DNA of 64,000 nt, from assembly GCF_006345805.1 (NCBI RefSeq), contig NC_043002.1, forward strand, positions 82,398,001 through 82,462,000, in the 5' to 3' direction. Position 1 is the stretch's first letter. The number at the start of each line of letters is the position of its first letter. Position numbers and translations under genes: made by a program. Of the stretch, positions 22,992 to 36,456 are shown piece after piece. This DNA comes from Octopus sinensis. Taxonomy: Eukaryota. The notes under the pieces are model-generated. The model searched no databases. It saw only the letters and a list, made by a program, of their open reading frames with translations, and was not told where the DNA came from.

Positions 22992-23976
22992 GGGTTAAAC
23001 TAAAGCGTTAAACCCACTCAAAGAAACAAAAAAAAATGTGTAATATGTGTAAAACAACTTCCTCTAAACGAATAGGAAAAAAAAATGCGCGCACGCGAAA
23101 GGGGAGTGGGGGAGGGGCCTCGGAAAATTCACATCGAGAATTTCTGAAATCGCCTGAGGGGCTGACCCGGGCACAAAAAAAAAAAAAATAGTGTAATATG
23201 TGTAAAACAACTTGCTCTAAACGAATATGACAAAAAAAAAATGCGCACTCGCGAAAGGGGGGGTGGGGGAGAGGCCTCGGAAAATTTACATCGGAAATTT
23301 CCGAAAGCGTCTGACCCGGGTACAAAAACAAAAATAGCGTAATAGGTGTAAAGCAACTTGCTCTAAACGAATATGATGAAAAAAATGCGCGCTCGCGAAA
23401 GAGGGTGGGGGAAATATGTACAAAAATACGGAGTTTATGATTCATATGTGAGTGTGTGTTCTTGATAATCGTTTAGAACAAGTAGTTTTACACCAATTAC
23501 ACTATTTTTTCTTAGTTTAAAGGCCGTGGACTGAAGATGTGAAATTTCCGAAGCCTCTCCCCCACCCCCTTTCGCGAGCGCGCATTTTTTTTTCATCATA
23601 TTCGTTTAGAGCAAGTTGCTTTACACCTATTACGCTGTTTTTGTTTTTGTGCCCGGGTCAGACGCTTTCGGAAATTCCCGATGTAAATTTTCCGAGGCCT
23701 CTCCCCCACCCCCCTTTCGCGAGTGCGCATTTTTTTTGTCATATTCGTTTAGAGCAAGTTGTTTTACACATATTACACTATTTTTTTTTGTTTTGGTGCC
23801 TGGGTCAGCCCCTCAGACGCTTTCGGAAATTCCCGATGTGAATTTTCCGAGGCATCTCCCCCACTCCCCTTTCGCGTGCGCGCATTTTTTTTCCTATTCG
23901 TTTAGAGGAAGTTGTTTTACACATACTACACACATTTTTTTTTTCTTTGTGTGGGTTTAACGCTTTAGTTTAACCC
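22992..23976. mobile_element. Non-autonomous foldback element of the Merlin family, with TIRs of about 420 bp each built from three subrepeats of about 140-150 bp
   Basis: Termini GGGTTAAACTAAAGCGTTAAACCCAC and its inverse. The subrepeat (tgtaaaacaacttgctctaaacgaata…atgcgcgc…gcgaaagggg) occurs three times per arm. The terminus and the internal tacggagtttatgattca block are shared with the right end of the transposase-bearing element at 45.1-45.26 kb. No TSD found. Confidence 0.85.
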
Positions 23977-25134
23977 AGATTTGCTTGTCAGCTGCTTAAC
24001 TATAACCAGTTGTGCATGTCACTTAATGGCTGATGCTATGTGCATCTCTTATCACAAGCAGAAATAGTGGGGGAGCATCATAACCATGTTTTGAGAAGTG
24101 TTTCACCCATCATCCTTAACCCTTATTCAGGGATGTCTTAAGCAGGATGAACTTGACCTGAAGAAAATTATAACTGGGTTCCACCTGTGAGGTCATGTGC
24201 TGTTCATCTTGATATGAGGTCACCATGTCACACACATGGTTTTTATGTATGTGCCTGGTGTATCCTTCCTTGTCAGATAGTATATTGGGCTTCGTATATT
24301 TGTACCCCACCATCACTTTGATGGCATGCATTGCTCTCATCGTCATCATCATCATCATCATAATAATTAATAATTTTTAAATTTTGGCACAAGGCCAGGA
24401 ATTTTAGAGTTAGAGAAGAAGTCAATTAAATTGACTCCAAGTTCTTCACTGGTACTTATTATCGACCCCAAAACAAGGATGGGCAGATCTTGTATGCTAT
24501 GTTCCTTTAATGCCCTAAAAACTTTTCCCTTGAATATGCTGTGCATCTTTTATACCATCAATTATGGTAATTCCTGTATTGCCATGTAGTCCAGCACGGT
24601 TCTTGCTTCACACTTTCTTTAACTGCATTTTAACAAGTAGCCTGTCTATGTATTCCTATAAATTTTCAATATAATCAAGATTTTCAAAGTATTTAGTGAA
24701 ATATCTGTAAATTTATGTATTGGTATATATATATTATGTTGGTGTTGACCAATTGAAATCTCATGTAATTAGGTTACTATTTAAACACTTTTGATACCAA
24801 ACCACCTGACATTGCCCCTGGCATTATGGTACAGACTTCCCATTTTAAAATCATCTAAATTAAAACTTTCCATTAAAATCTCAAGTTAATTTATGTTGGA
24901 AACATCAATTTAAAAATGATGAAGTTAATTCATTAAATTCTTCGTTATTAAAAAAAAAATTAATGTGTAAAGTGAAATAATGTATTTCAACAGAAATGTG
25001 GTAACACAAGGGTTAAATATCTCAGTATTGGCTTAGAAGCAAGATTGCTGATTAAATGCATAAATGGATAAATTGTCTTCATTTAGAGCATGGACTAATG
25101 TCTTAGGATAACCTCTATGAGGACAGTTAAGCCA

Positions 25135-25680
25135 TCATCATCATTGTCTTTTCTTGTCTTGAGACAGCATTCACCCGGGGTGGGATGAACTGGCTTCATT
25201 TATCCTCAATGCTGCATCTCTCACAAACGCTGACCAGACCCGGCGATTTGAGGCTAATGACCACGTGATCTCCAACCACTCCTTATTCCAGCAGTGAGTG
25301 CCGTAGATATGGGGTCCTAAGTTGGGTTCCAGATCAGCCTTCACTGTCATCAGCCAGGTTTTACGTTGTCCACCACATCACTTTCGCCAACCCTGAAGGG
25401 GAGCTGGGGCAATTGCTTCGTAGATGAATTCTCCTGGTTGACGATGGAGGGCATGACCCAGCCAATGCAGACATCTCGTTAAGATGACTTGTCGGAGGGA
25501 GGTGATTCTGCACTGGTGTTGCACCGAATTGTTGGAGACAAAGTGATGCCATTGGACACGAAGGATGCGGCGTAGACAGAGATGATCGAAGGATTCTAGT
25601 CGCTTAATTTCTTCCACCCTCATCGGCCATCACTCGCTGCCATAAAGGAGAATCGTTTGCACTAGTGAACTCATTAACTT
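25135..25680 (-). pseudogene. LINE 3' fragment (RTE-like, family distinct from the 57-60 kb element)
   Basis: RLESFDHLCLRRILRVQWHHFVSN…LHWLGHALHR resembles the LINE ORF2 C-terminus. Confidence 0.75.
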
Positions 25681-27215
25681 CATTGGTTGAAGTTAATGAG
25701 ATGTTTAAGACAGCAAGCTGGCAGAATCATTAGCTCACTGGTCAAAATGCTTAGCACCATTTCATTTGTCTTTATATTCTAAGTTGAAGTTGGTTGAAAA
25801 AAGAAATAGCAGTTATGCACAGGGGGGGTTGATGTGATTGACTTAACCCTTCCTTGTGTCAAAATTTGAAACTGAATTTAATGGGTTGTGTTGTTGTAGA
25901 AGGGTATCCAGCTGTAGAAATCATGCCAAAGCATACACTGGAGCACAGCATAGTCCTCTGGCTAGTTGGGTCCTGTCAAGTCATCCAGTCCATGCCAATA
26001 TCCAGCGTACCACCCACCAAATGTACTCACTCATTAAGTGACAATAAATGTGTTGTTGATTGTCTTAGAAAGAAGATTGATGGTTAAATGCATAAATAGC
26101 TAAATCGTCTTCATTTAGAGCATGGTTTAATGTTCACATGTAACATTTCCAATGGACATTCTTCAAAATGCGATAGGTGCTTGATTTAGGGATTCCGCTC
26201 TCATGAGTCATTTGTCATACAGATTTTTGTGGGGGACAGTGAAGGGTTTCCAGCAATTCTTTTTCCTTTAGGACAATTCCTTTTTCTTTACTTTCTTGAA
26301 TGCTCCTTATGGATGTCATGCACAGTTCCATCTAATTCAAACTTATCTTGGATGCAAGCAGTGTTGCATCGCATTGGTGGATCTTTGTGAAAATGACTTC
26401 AAATTGTCTTAGCACTTCCACGATGTTTCAGTGCTTCCAAGTCGCACTTTTTCATGAATTTTCTCCTTCAAATCTTTGTCATACTTCTGCCTTTACTAGG
26501 ATCAATTTGATCCAAAAAGAAATGAAAAATCCAGTGAGTTACGGAGAGTTAAAATGTGAGTACATTTTTTTGGCACACCCTGTAGAAGACAGACAGACAG
26601 ATATTAAATGATGATGATGATGACAACAATCCTTTTGATTGAAATCGCATTCAATATTTCATTGCAGCCTAAAATGGCAAGCTGACAGAATTGTTAGCAC
26701 AGCAGGCAAAATGCATAATGGTATTTTGTATATTAAAACAGCAAGCTGGCAGAAACGTTAACGCACCGAGCTAAATACTTCGCGGTATTTCATCTGCCGT
26801 TACATTCTGAGTTCAAATTCTGCCGAGGCCAACTTTGCCTTTCATCCTTTTGGGATTGATAAATTAAGTACCAGTTACGCACTGGGGTCGATGTAATCGA
26901 CTTAAACCATTTGTCTGTCCTCTCTGTGTTTAGCCCCTTGTGGGTAGTAAAGAAATAGGTATTTTGTTTGTCTTTATGTGCTGAGTTTAAATTTTGCTGA
27001 GGTTTTGCCTTATAAACTTTTGCGATCGACTTTGCCTTTCTTCCTTTCAATAAAATGAGTACAGGGGTGGTCATTGTCATTGACTTGCCCCGTCCCTCCA
27101 AATTACTGGCCCTGTACCAAAATTTGATAGCAATGCTTCATTGCAGCCTATTGAAAATGTATTTGTCTAACAGCTTCTACTTGTTATCTTAGTAAAATTC
27201 AATTCTCTCTTACAG

Positions 27216-27427
27216 ATGACTGAAGATAGTGCAGGGGTGATAACAGTCACCTGTGGAAATTTGGTTGGCAAACTACATATGAAGAAATTTATTTGTCCTG
27301 GCATTCACCGAGAATGTATTGAGTTTGAAGGCCGTTTTATCTCTCCAAAACTGTTTTCTGTCATGGGCGAGAAAGAAAAGCTGAAAGACTGGAAGAATGC
27401 TGTTCGAATAAATGGCATCCAACTCAG
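27216..27427 (+). CDS. GMEB-like SAND-domain gene, coding exon 1 (N-terminal part of the SAND domain)
   Basis: Acceptor tacag|ATG. VTCG…KFICPGIHRECIEFEGRFISPKLF…LKDWKNAVRINGIQL contains the SAND KDWK motif and is GMEB-like. Donor AG|GTATTT, phase 2. Confidence 0.9.
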
Positions 27428-28613
27428 GTATTTCATCTTGATTTTGATCTGTTTCATTAAAGTTTTTTTATCACAGTTTTTACCTTATTTGGAATCAAGG
27501 CACCACCTTGAAGAATTTTAGTCGAATAAACGAATCAATTCCAGTACTTTTTTTTTTAAGCCTGGTACTTATTCTATCAGTCTCTTTTGCCGAAGCACTA
27601 AGTTACAGGACCATAAACACAAACATAGACACATACACAATGGTTTTTCAGTTTCTGTCTACTAAATCCACTCACAAAGCTTTGGCCTGCCTGATGCTAT
27701 AGTAGAAAACACTTGTGCAAGGTGCCATACTGTGGAACTGAACCCGGAACCATGTGGTTGGGATGCAAACTTCTTATCACACAGCCACATGCTAATCTAT
27801 TCTAAGAAATTTAATGATATATGATTTATCAATGCAGTGATGCTTCTTGTTTATAAACAAGCACAATTTTGGGAAATTAAAGAATCTATTTGTATACTTT
27901 GATGATACAAGCAACACTTAATAGTCAAGACATCACTGTTGTCATTTTTATGTCTCAAGCTGCCCCTCCACTCCTGCTCATCACTTACTACATTCACCTC
28001 TACCCCCATCTCTACTCTTGTGCATAGCTAAGTGGTTAGGGTATCCAGCTTACGATTGTAAGCTTGTGAGTTTGATACTTGGCAGTATAGTGTTTCCTTG
28101 AGCAAGATGGTTTCACGTTGCTCCAGTCCACTCAGCTGGCAAAAATGAGCTGTAGCTGTAATTCAAAGGGCCAGCCTTGTCTTGTTCTATGTCATGCTGA
28201 ATCTTCCTGAGAACTACATTAAGGGTACCTGTGTCTGTGGCGAGCTGGCAGAATCATTAACACGCCGGGCGAAATCCTTAGCGGTATTTTGTCTGCCGCA
28301 ACGTTCTGAGTTCAAATTCCGCCGAGGTCGACTTTGCCTTTCATTCTCTCGGGGTCGATAAATTAAGTACCAGTTATGCACTGGGGTCTATCTAATCGAC
28401 TTAATCCATTTGTCTGTCCTTGCTTGTCCTCTCTGTGTTTAGCCCCTTGTGGGTAGTAAAGAAATAGGTACCTGTGTCTGTGGAGTGCTCAGCATCTTAC
28501 ACATTATTATATTGTGTGTATGTATTTGTGTGTGTGTGTATCCTAGTCTTGACATCATGTGGTGTTTGTAGGAAAAGCATTAAGCTGTAAAAAATCTGCC
28601 TCAACAAATTCTG

Positions 28614-28835
28614 GGTACTATTACCGAACAGTGGTCCCGGTGCGCACACACGCGCATCCGCAGTAGCTAGTAGTAAGTAGTCGATCCTAAATAATTTTTT
28701 AAACTAAGCAAATAAATTATTTTTATTAACAAACTAAGGTTAGGGTTAAAAAGTCGTTGTAGGATCGACTACTTACGACTAGCCTGCACAGATGCGCATG
28801 TGCACGCACCAGGACCACTGTTCACTAGTAGTACC
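28614..28835. mobile_element. GGTACTA-terminated MITE with 9-bp TSD CAAATTCTG (SAND gene intron)
   Basis: TIRs GGTACTA…GAACAGTGGTCC and GGACCACTGTTC…TAGTACC. TSD at 28605-28613 and 28836-28844. Confidence 0.9.
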
Positions 28836-28957
28836 CAAATTCTGTGTGGCCCATTCAGGCTTGGAAAAGTAGATGTTAAATAATAATAATGATGATAATA
28901 CAAATGTATAAAGTGGTGTAGAGTTGTTCTAAATGTCTTCACTTTCATTCCCTTCAG

Positions 28958-29295
28958 GAAGTACATTGAATCAGGACAGTTGGATTTTACTAATCACCAA
29001 GAGATGTGTACAGGTCGCTGTGTACCGCGAGTACCATTGAAGACAATGGTATTTGATGATGGCACTTTGGCCCCAATCTCAACTCTGCTGGCAGGGACTG
29101 GGATTAGCATTAAAGAAAACAATTATCTCTATGTTTCTGAACAGACTTCTGGCAAAATTGCTGAACCAGTAGGAAGTCAGTATACATATGTTAATCAATC
29201 TCAAAACCAAGATGACCCCGATATCAAACCAAGTGTACAGGTTCTGCATAGAGCTGTGACAGCTGAAAACACTGAAGAACAACAACCACCTGATG
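28958..29295 (+). CDS. GMEB-like SAND gene, coding exon 2
   Basis: Acceptor ttcag|G completes the Arg codon and gives RKYIESGQLDFTNHQEMCTGRC, matching the GMEB SAND C-terminal pattern. Donor G|GTATGT, phase 1. Confidence 0.9.
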
Positions 29296-29540
29296 GTATG
29301 TAATTTGCCATTTATTAACTAATGAACATCTATCCTTGTCTCTCTTTATCTTTAAAATCTCAACTGGCTCAAAGCCACTCTTGCCTCAATACGATTTACT
29401 GTGTCCCCCAAGCCAAGAAGTTTTGCCTTGCAAATTGCTTGGTGACCCTGTTGGTGTTGGTGCCATGAAGGGCATCCAGCTGTAGAAACCATTCAAGAAC
29501 AGACAATGGAGCCTGGTGCAATTCCAGCCTTACCAACTCC

Positions 29541-30025
29541 TGTAAAGGAACTGGTTGGAACAGGTTGTGTCTTTACACTGTTTGGATGCAACACAATTTC
29601 CTTTCTTTTGTTTCCAGAAACTACCAGTCAGGAACAAGAACGCAACCTTAAAAATATATGACTCTTTATTTTCTTATTTACAAAAGAAGGCACATTGGTA
29701 TCCACTTGGTTCGATATAGCAAGGCTGAATTTTAACACTTGTAAGATAACCCTCACAACAAATTCAGCAGCAACAGAGCAGGTCAAATCCCAAGCGTCTG
29801 GGACAGGAGAATAGGCTAATCACATGTTTAACACGTCCTCTCTCTTCAATAGCCATGTCTCAAGTCACCGACGCTAACAAGGAACGCGAAAGAATTTTCT
29901 TCCCCAGTCTCTAGCGCATGTGCATGAGGGAACTTCCTTAGGCCTTTCCAGAAGGTTCCAGCCCCACACATGCACACTGAAGAATGATGTCCCACACACG
30001 CACATTGGAAAATGACGTCACTACA
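29541..30025 (-). mobile_element. Solo LTR (Gypsy-like), 485 bp, inserted in an RTE tail
   Basis: TGTA…TACA termini, 4-bp TSD CTCC (29537-40 and 30026-29), and AATAAA on the minus strand near 29665. The interrupted RTE-tail sequence resumes after it. Confidence 0.75.
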
Positions 30026-30406
30026 CTCCTATCAAACTGCCCAACCCATTCCAGCATAGAAAAATGACATATGATGATGATGATCACTTCTGGTTCCTTT
30101 TGTTAGGCAATCTACCATAGAACCTAACTATTTTCTCTTTCTTTTTGTTTGTTTTGTTTAAGCTCTGCTTCTTCTAGAAATTCACATCTTTTATCTTTTA
30201 CTTGTTTCAGTCATTGGACTGTGGCCATGTTGGGTTACTACCCTAAAGAGTATTTTTAGTTGAACTAATTAACCCCAGTACTTTAATTCTAGTACTTATT
30301 CTATCATTGACTCATGACAAACCACTTACAGGGATGTTAACAAACCAACACTGGCTCTTAATGAGTGCTAGGGAACAAACACAAAGATGCACACACACAC
30401 ACACAC

Positions 30407-31575
30407 ATATTGGGTCATCCCATAAATAACACAGTTTTTTTCAACTACATGAACTAAAAGTCGGAGGGGGACAGGATAAACTACCTGCATCAACTTGCTA
30501 TAAAAGCAGGTAGTAATTTCACCTTGCTCTTATTCTTAGTGCAAGTTTTGAAGAGTGCAGTTCAATTTTAACAGTTACTTTTTCAAAGCTGTAAAGGAAG
30601 TGACAAAGGAGCATATTTTACTTAATGAGTTCAGTAAAGGCAACAGCACAACAGATAGTGCGAGGAATATTAATGCAGTATAGGGGGATCAGACAGTAAG
30701 TGTAAGCAAGTGCCAATGGTGGTTCCAGAAATTCTGAGCCAGAAACTACAGCCTAGAAGATGAGCATTGTCCTGGAAGATCTGTAGAGCTTGATGAGGAC
30801 ATCCTACAAATCTTGATGGAACAAAATCCCATTGTAACTGTTTGAGGAACTAGCAGAGAAGCTTGGATTTGTTCATTCAACCATTCATCGGCACCTGCAT
30901 GCCATGGGAAAGTCAGTAAAGTGGGTCAATGGGTTCCTTACAAACCTTCCGAGTCTAATCGTGTGCAGAGAGTGAATATGTGTTCTTCTCTGCTGTCACG
31001 TCTCATGAATGAACCATTTTTGGACCGAATAGTGACTGGTGACAAGAAATGGGTTCTCTATAAAAATGTCAACCGCCAAGAACAGTAGGTAGGGGAAGGA
31101 GAAACACTAGTACCCCAGGCTAAAGAAGGTCTTCACCCAAACCAAATGATAACAAAGGAGATCTACTGCGAGCAGCTTGAGTGGCTTAAATCAGCACTAG
31201 AAGGAAAACAACCCGTTTTAAGTTTCAAGGCAAAAGGTGTTCTTCCATTGGGATAATGCTCGTCCACATACAGGCCGGAGTAGTTTGAATGGGGAAACGA
31301 TGCCCCACCCACCCACCCACTGTGGTTGCTGGACATTGTGCCATTTGATTATCATTTATTCTGCAGTCTTCAAAATCATTTGGAAGAAAAAAATATGAAT
31401 TCTGTAGATAAGGTCAGAATAGCACTGGAAGAGTATTTTTCATCACGGACAAGTGAATTTTGGAAGAGGGGGGAGGGCTTACAAGTCTAACATATAGATG
31501 GAAGAGCATTGTAGAAAATGAAGGAGAATATATCTTAGATTAAAAAAGAAATTTGTTTATCTTAATTTTGAAAAA
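30407..31575 (+). mobile_element. Degenerate mariner transposon of a second family
   Basis: Left TIR-like tattgggtcatcccataaataa. Frameshifted WVPYK…QRVNMCSSLL…DRIVTGDKKWVLY and a PHPP-like motif. The right TIR is not recognised. Confidence 0.75.
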
Positions 31576-31599
31576 TAAAATAAAAAATAAATATCTTCA

Positions 31600-31770
31600 A
31601 TATCCTCCCGAAGAACCTGAGAGACCTGCATGGGGTGGATGCAGATGTCTTTAAAATAAAACTGGATCTCTTCCTGTCAGGTGTCCCAGATGAACCAACT
31701 TCACGGCAGGAGGTGCAGATGAGGGCAGCTGCATCAAACTCTCTCATGCACCAAATGGCAGTTGCTAAAA
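31600..31770 (+). mobile_element. LINE 3' end fragment (CR1/L2-like)
   Basis: ILPKNLRDLHGVDADVFKIKLDLFLSGVPDEPT…RAAASNSL resembles a LINE ORF2 terminus. Confidence 0.55.
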
Positions 31771-33298
31771 AGCATTCGTGAAGTAAAATCATGTAGCAAC
31801 ACCAAATGGCGGTGCCCCAGCATGGCCACAATCCGTGAGCTGATACTAGATAAAATAAAATATATAAAAAATAAAAAATAAAAAAACCCACATTATTTAT
31901 GAGATGAATCAATACTTACATATATACTTAAACATGAATTTTGTGGACAGTGACTTCAAAGTTTCAGTCTAATAACTGAAACAAATAAAAGATAAAAGAT
32001 ATTCTTTTCTACTCTAGGCACAAGGCCTGAAATTTTTTCAGGGAAAGGGCCAGTCGATAAGATTGACCCTCAGTACACAACTGGTACTTTGAACATCGAA
32101 ATAAATATCAATGGAAGTAGTAGTTGTGATACCTGTGCCGGTGGCACATAAAAAGCACCATCTGAACGTGGCCGATGCCAGCGCCACCTTGAGTGGCTTC
32201 TGTGCCGGTGGCACGTAAAAAGCACCAACTGATCGTGGCTGCTGCCAGACTCCTCTGGCAGACGTTAAATGATGATGATGATGAAAGGATGAAAGGCAAA
32301 GTTGATCTCGGTGGAATTTGAACTCAGAATGTAAAAACAGCCGAAATACCACTAAGTATTTCGCAGTGTGCTAATGTTTCTGCCAGCTTGCTACCTTAAA
32401 ATATAAAAGATATTACCACAAGAATGGTTTCCTGCTGGGTTTTATTTATTTTCTTACAATCTTTCCAAAAGTGAATTGTTTTAGCTTTCTATTGAAAGAC
32501 TGTCCAATTTTTTGATCCATGGAATAGCTTTTCTTTCACTTTGAATGCGTACCACTTGATAGATGGGTCTTCTCCCTGACTGTTCATCGAATTAACAGCA
32601 AAGTAGTGTTGGAGGCACAAAACAGAACTCAGTACACCAGTACATACTGTAAAGTGGTTGGCATTAGGAAGGGCATTTGGCCAAAGAAGCTTTGCCAAAG
32701 CTGAAACTGAAGTGCAATGCAGCCCTGTGGCTTGCCAAATCCTGTTGAACCAACCACACACACATACACACACATGATGAGCTTCTTTCTGTGTCTGCCT
32801 ATCAAATCCACTCACAAGGCACTTTTGTCAACTCTGGGTTATAGTAGAAGACACTTGCCCAAGGTGCCCAAGAGTGGAACTGAACCTAGAACCGTGTGGT
32901 TGGGAAGCAAGCTTCTTATTCACACAACCACTCCTTTCTAGTTTCCATGAAGATTATTTTCTTTACTTCTCCTTGTTTTACATATTTCACGTCCTTAATT
33001 AAAGCAATTTCTAAAAATTCTTTGCAGCCCCTTGAAGCCTCAATCTTCAGGGCCTTGAGTTGTTTCTTGAATACAATATTTAAAGGAAGATATTTGGTCC
33101 TGTAGTTTTTGGTTTATCCTATTGAAAAAGGTTTACTGTGGAATGTATTTTGAACACTTCAGCTGCGGACACTTGACATTTCATGTCAAGTGCCAAATTA
33201 AATATTCTATACTTCAGTGCTGTGCTTATCTCGAAAACTCTTTTTGTTTTAATAAGTCAAAATGAGTCTTTTTTGGTTTTGTTTCTTTCTTTTTGCAG

Positions 33299-33370
33299 TT
33301 TTACAGACATTTCCTCGTGCTAGTTCTACTGGTGAGATGGCTTATGTTGGAGCACAGCCCGGTGGCTCTG
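33299..33370 (+). CDS. GMEB-like SAND gene, coding exon 3
   Basis: Strong polypyrimidine tract with tttgcag| and donor G|GTAAGG. The 72 nt are phase 1/1 and open (VLQTFPRASSTGEMAYVGAQPGGS). Confidence 0.7.
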
Positions 33371-35965
33371 GTAAGGTTTGAGCTCACGACTGTGATCATT
33401 GCTCTAGTAGCTTAACCACATAGCCATTGTACTTCATCAACTAACAACTGTTCTTGTTTCATGAAATACTTACCAAGACACATTCTCACACTGATAAATA
33501 AACTCCTTAGTATCTCTGTTATTAATCACCATCATCATTTGGCACATGTGGTCGTGATCCCTGTGCCAGTGGCACGTAGAAAGCACCTTCCAAACGTGAC
33601 TGATGCCAGCGCCGCCTTGACTGGCTTCTGTGCCGGTGGCACAAAAGCACCAACCGATCGTGGCCGTTGCCAGCCTTCCCTGGCACATAAAAAGCACCCG
33701 CCTCACTCACAAAGTGATTGGTGTTAGTAAGGGCATCCAGCTGTAGAAACACTGCCAGATCAGATTGGACCCTGGTCGAATCGTCCAACCCGTGCTAGCA
33801 CGGAAAACGGACGTTAAACAATGATGATGATGAAAAGCAATGACATTTGAACACCTGGAGGTTTGCTTTTCTATGTTAGTCTGTTTTACTGGCATTGACT
33901 AAGCTAAAGATATCTTAGTGGTTTTTGTATTGAGGGAAAATACTAATGAAAGCTAAACGAACCAACTGAGTTGATTGGAGACAAATTAGAATGTCATCTT
34001 TGCCATCATTGTTTGCTTTCCATGCTGTCAGGAGTTAGAGGGGTTGCCACAGTTTGCAGAATTACTACCCTCTTTGACATAGTTGCAGGAAAGCACCTTG
34101 TTCTTGTATTTTGTACTGGCAAGGTATCTATGGTTGGATGTACTTCAATCATTTTACCGAATGTACTGGGTGCATTTTATCATGGTGCCAGCTCTAGGCA
34201 GGTTGTTATGTCCTCAGTAAGAATAAAGGGTCCTTTCAACCTTAGGATACCCCTGCTTGTTTACCGACCTCTTTGCAGAGTGAATGGGGTACAGTTTATG
34301 ATGGCACCAGCACCAGTGAGGTTACCTTCTACTCAGCAAAACTGTTGCAAATCTCAGTTCTCTCTCCCTCTCCATATTTCTCTGCTTTATTTTGTGCAAC
34401 AAAGCAAACAACAAACATAATCTACAAAGTGTGGGAGGATTGATGGAAACAAACTAATATAACATCACCATCATTGTCGTCATCACTTTAACGTCTGTTT
34501 TGTGACGTGTCTGTGTCATTGTTTTGACATTGTGTGCTGTTGCAAATGAGCATCATTTATGTACAGTTTTTCCATGAAAAAATATCTGGCTATGGGGAGG
34601 TGCATGGCTTTGTGGTTAGGGTGTGGGATTCATGATTGTAAGATTGTGGTTTCGATTCCTGGACCAGACCATGCACTGTGTTCTTGACCAAAATATTTCA
34701 TTTTACGTTGCTCCAGTCAGCTGGCAGGAATGAGCAATCCTGTGGTGGACCATGAGGAATATATTTTCCAGAGAAACTGGGAAACCAGTCCTATGCTCCT
34801 GACGGAGTAATATGGACTAACCGATGGGGAAATATTATGTTGCTTGGAAACAGGTTAGGGTTGGCAACAGGAAGTGCACCCAGCCTTAGAATCTGTCTCG
34901 GTGAACTTCATCTAAAGCCCTCAGATGTCTTTATTCCTTACTCTTCGCTTAAAATACACTCAAAATAATTTCATTACATTCAATCTCTTTTTTTCTTTTC
35001 TTTTTGTAATCACCAGGCAGGTCTGTGTGCTTTGCAAGTGTGTGATCTCAGGTTCAATTCCAGTGCACAACACCTTAGTTTAATTGTCGTCCACCAGAGC
35101 CTCTGGTCAACGAAGTGAAAGTGCGTGGCTTCATGGTTAAAGTTTTCGGCTGACAATCATAAGGTCATGAGTTCAATATCCAGCACCACATTGTATCCTT
35201 AGGCAAGACACTTTATTTCACATTGCTCCAATCCATTCAGCTTATGAAAATGAGTTGTACCTGTGATCCAAAGGGGTCAGTCGTCACAGTCTGTGACACA
35301 CTGAATCTCCTTGAGAACTACATTGAGGATACATGTGTCTGTGGAGTGCTCAGCCACTTTAATTTCCCCAGTTGGCTGTTCCATTGATTCTATCAACTGA
35401 AACTTGTAACTGATGCAAAGCCAGTTACATCAACCAAATCTTTCATCATCATCATCATCGTTTAACGTCCGCTTTCCATGCTAGCATGGGTTGGACGATT
35501 TTGACTGAGGGCTGGCGAACCAGACGGCCGCACCAGGCTCCAATCGGATCTGGCAGTGTTTCTTTCCTAACGCCAACCACTCTGAGAGTGTAGTGGGTCC
35601 TTTTTACATGCCACTGGCATGGGGCCAGTCAGGCGGTACTGGCAATGACCTCACTTGAATCTTTTTACACATTCCACCGGCACAGGTGCCAGTAAGGTGA
35701 CGTTGGTAACGATCACACTCGAATGGTGCTTTTACATGCCACCAGCACGGAGAGAAAACTATGAAATCCTTTGGAAGGACTAACCTTGTTCTTGGGTGGT
35801 AGACTTTAGCTTCTGGTTTAGCACTATCACCACTTGGCTTTTGGATGTCTTTGTTAGTGTCCATTCTGTACCAGCACTCAGGCTGGATCTTTCAAATGAC
35901 AACTTCCTTTCTTTCTCCTATTAGTCTTGCAAAGGATCATGGGTGCTACTCTTCTCTGGCTAAAT

Positions 35966-36217
35966 CAGTGGTCCTCAACCATCTTTTTTTTTACCTATGG
36001 ACCCCTTTGATTCCTATTTTTTTCTACTGGACCTCAATAGCCACTCACTGGATATAAAAAAGAAATCCTACTGTATTTTTATAATTAAATATTACTAGGG
36101 ATTGTATAAAAAAATTAAAATATTTTGTGTATTGTAGAATTATAACCAACTTATTGCAGTTAAATTTTAAATAACAAACTCTTATATAGACCCACAAGGG
36201 TCATATGAGAACCACTG
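35966..36217. mobile_element. hAT-type MITE
   Basis: Termini CAGTGGTCCTCA…TGAGAACCACTG with an 8-bp TSD GGCTAAAT/GGCTAAAC (7 of 8 match). Confidence 0.75.
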
Positions 36218-36456
36218 GGCTAAACCATTAAAAATAAACAAGTGAAATAGTCCAGAAGAATTTTTTGAATTCTCTAAAATGGTATGGCTTACAGTTGATT
36301 CTAATATTCTATTCTAAATTTATTTTTACATTCTAAATTCTATTACATTTTCATTTTTCTTTTTATATATCTTAGGAATCAAACTTTCCATTGAGTATAT
36401 AATTGTTTACTGTTACTCCTTGATGAAATGATGTTCTTGTTTTTTGTCTCTTGTAG

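Noticed and set aside
23008-23960. ORFs of 75-145 aa on both strands with repeated peptides (FFSSYSFRASCFT…)
   Set aside because: These are translations of the TIR subrepeats of the foldback element, mirrored on the two strands, with no protein signature.
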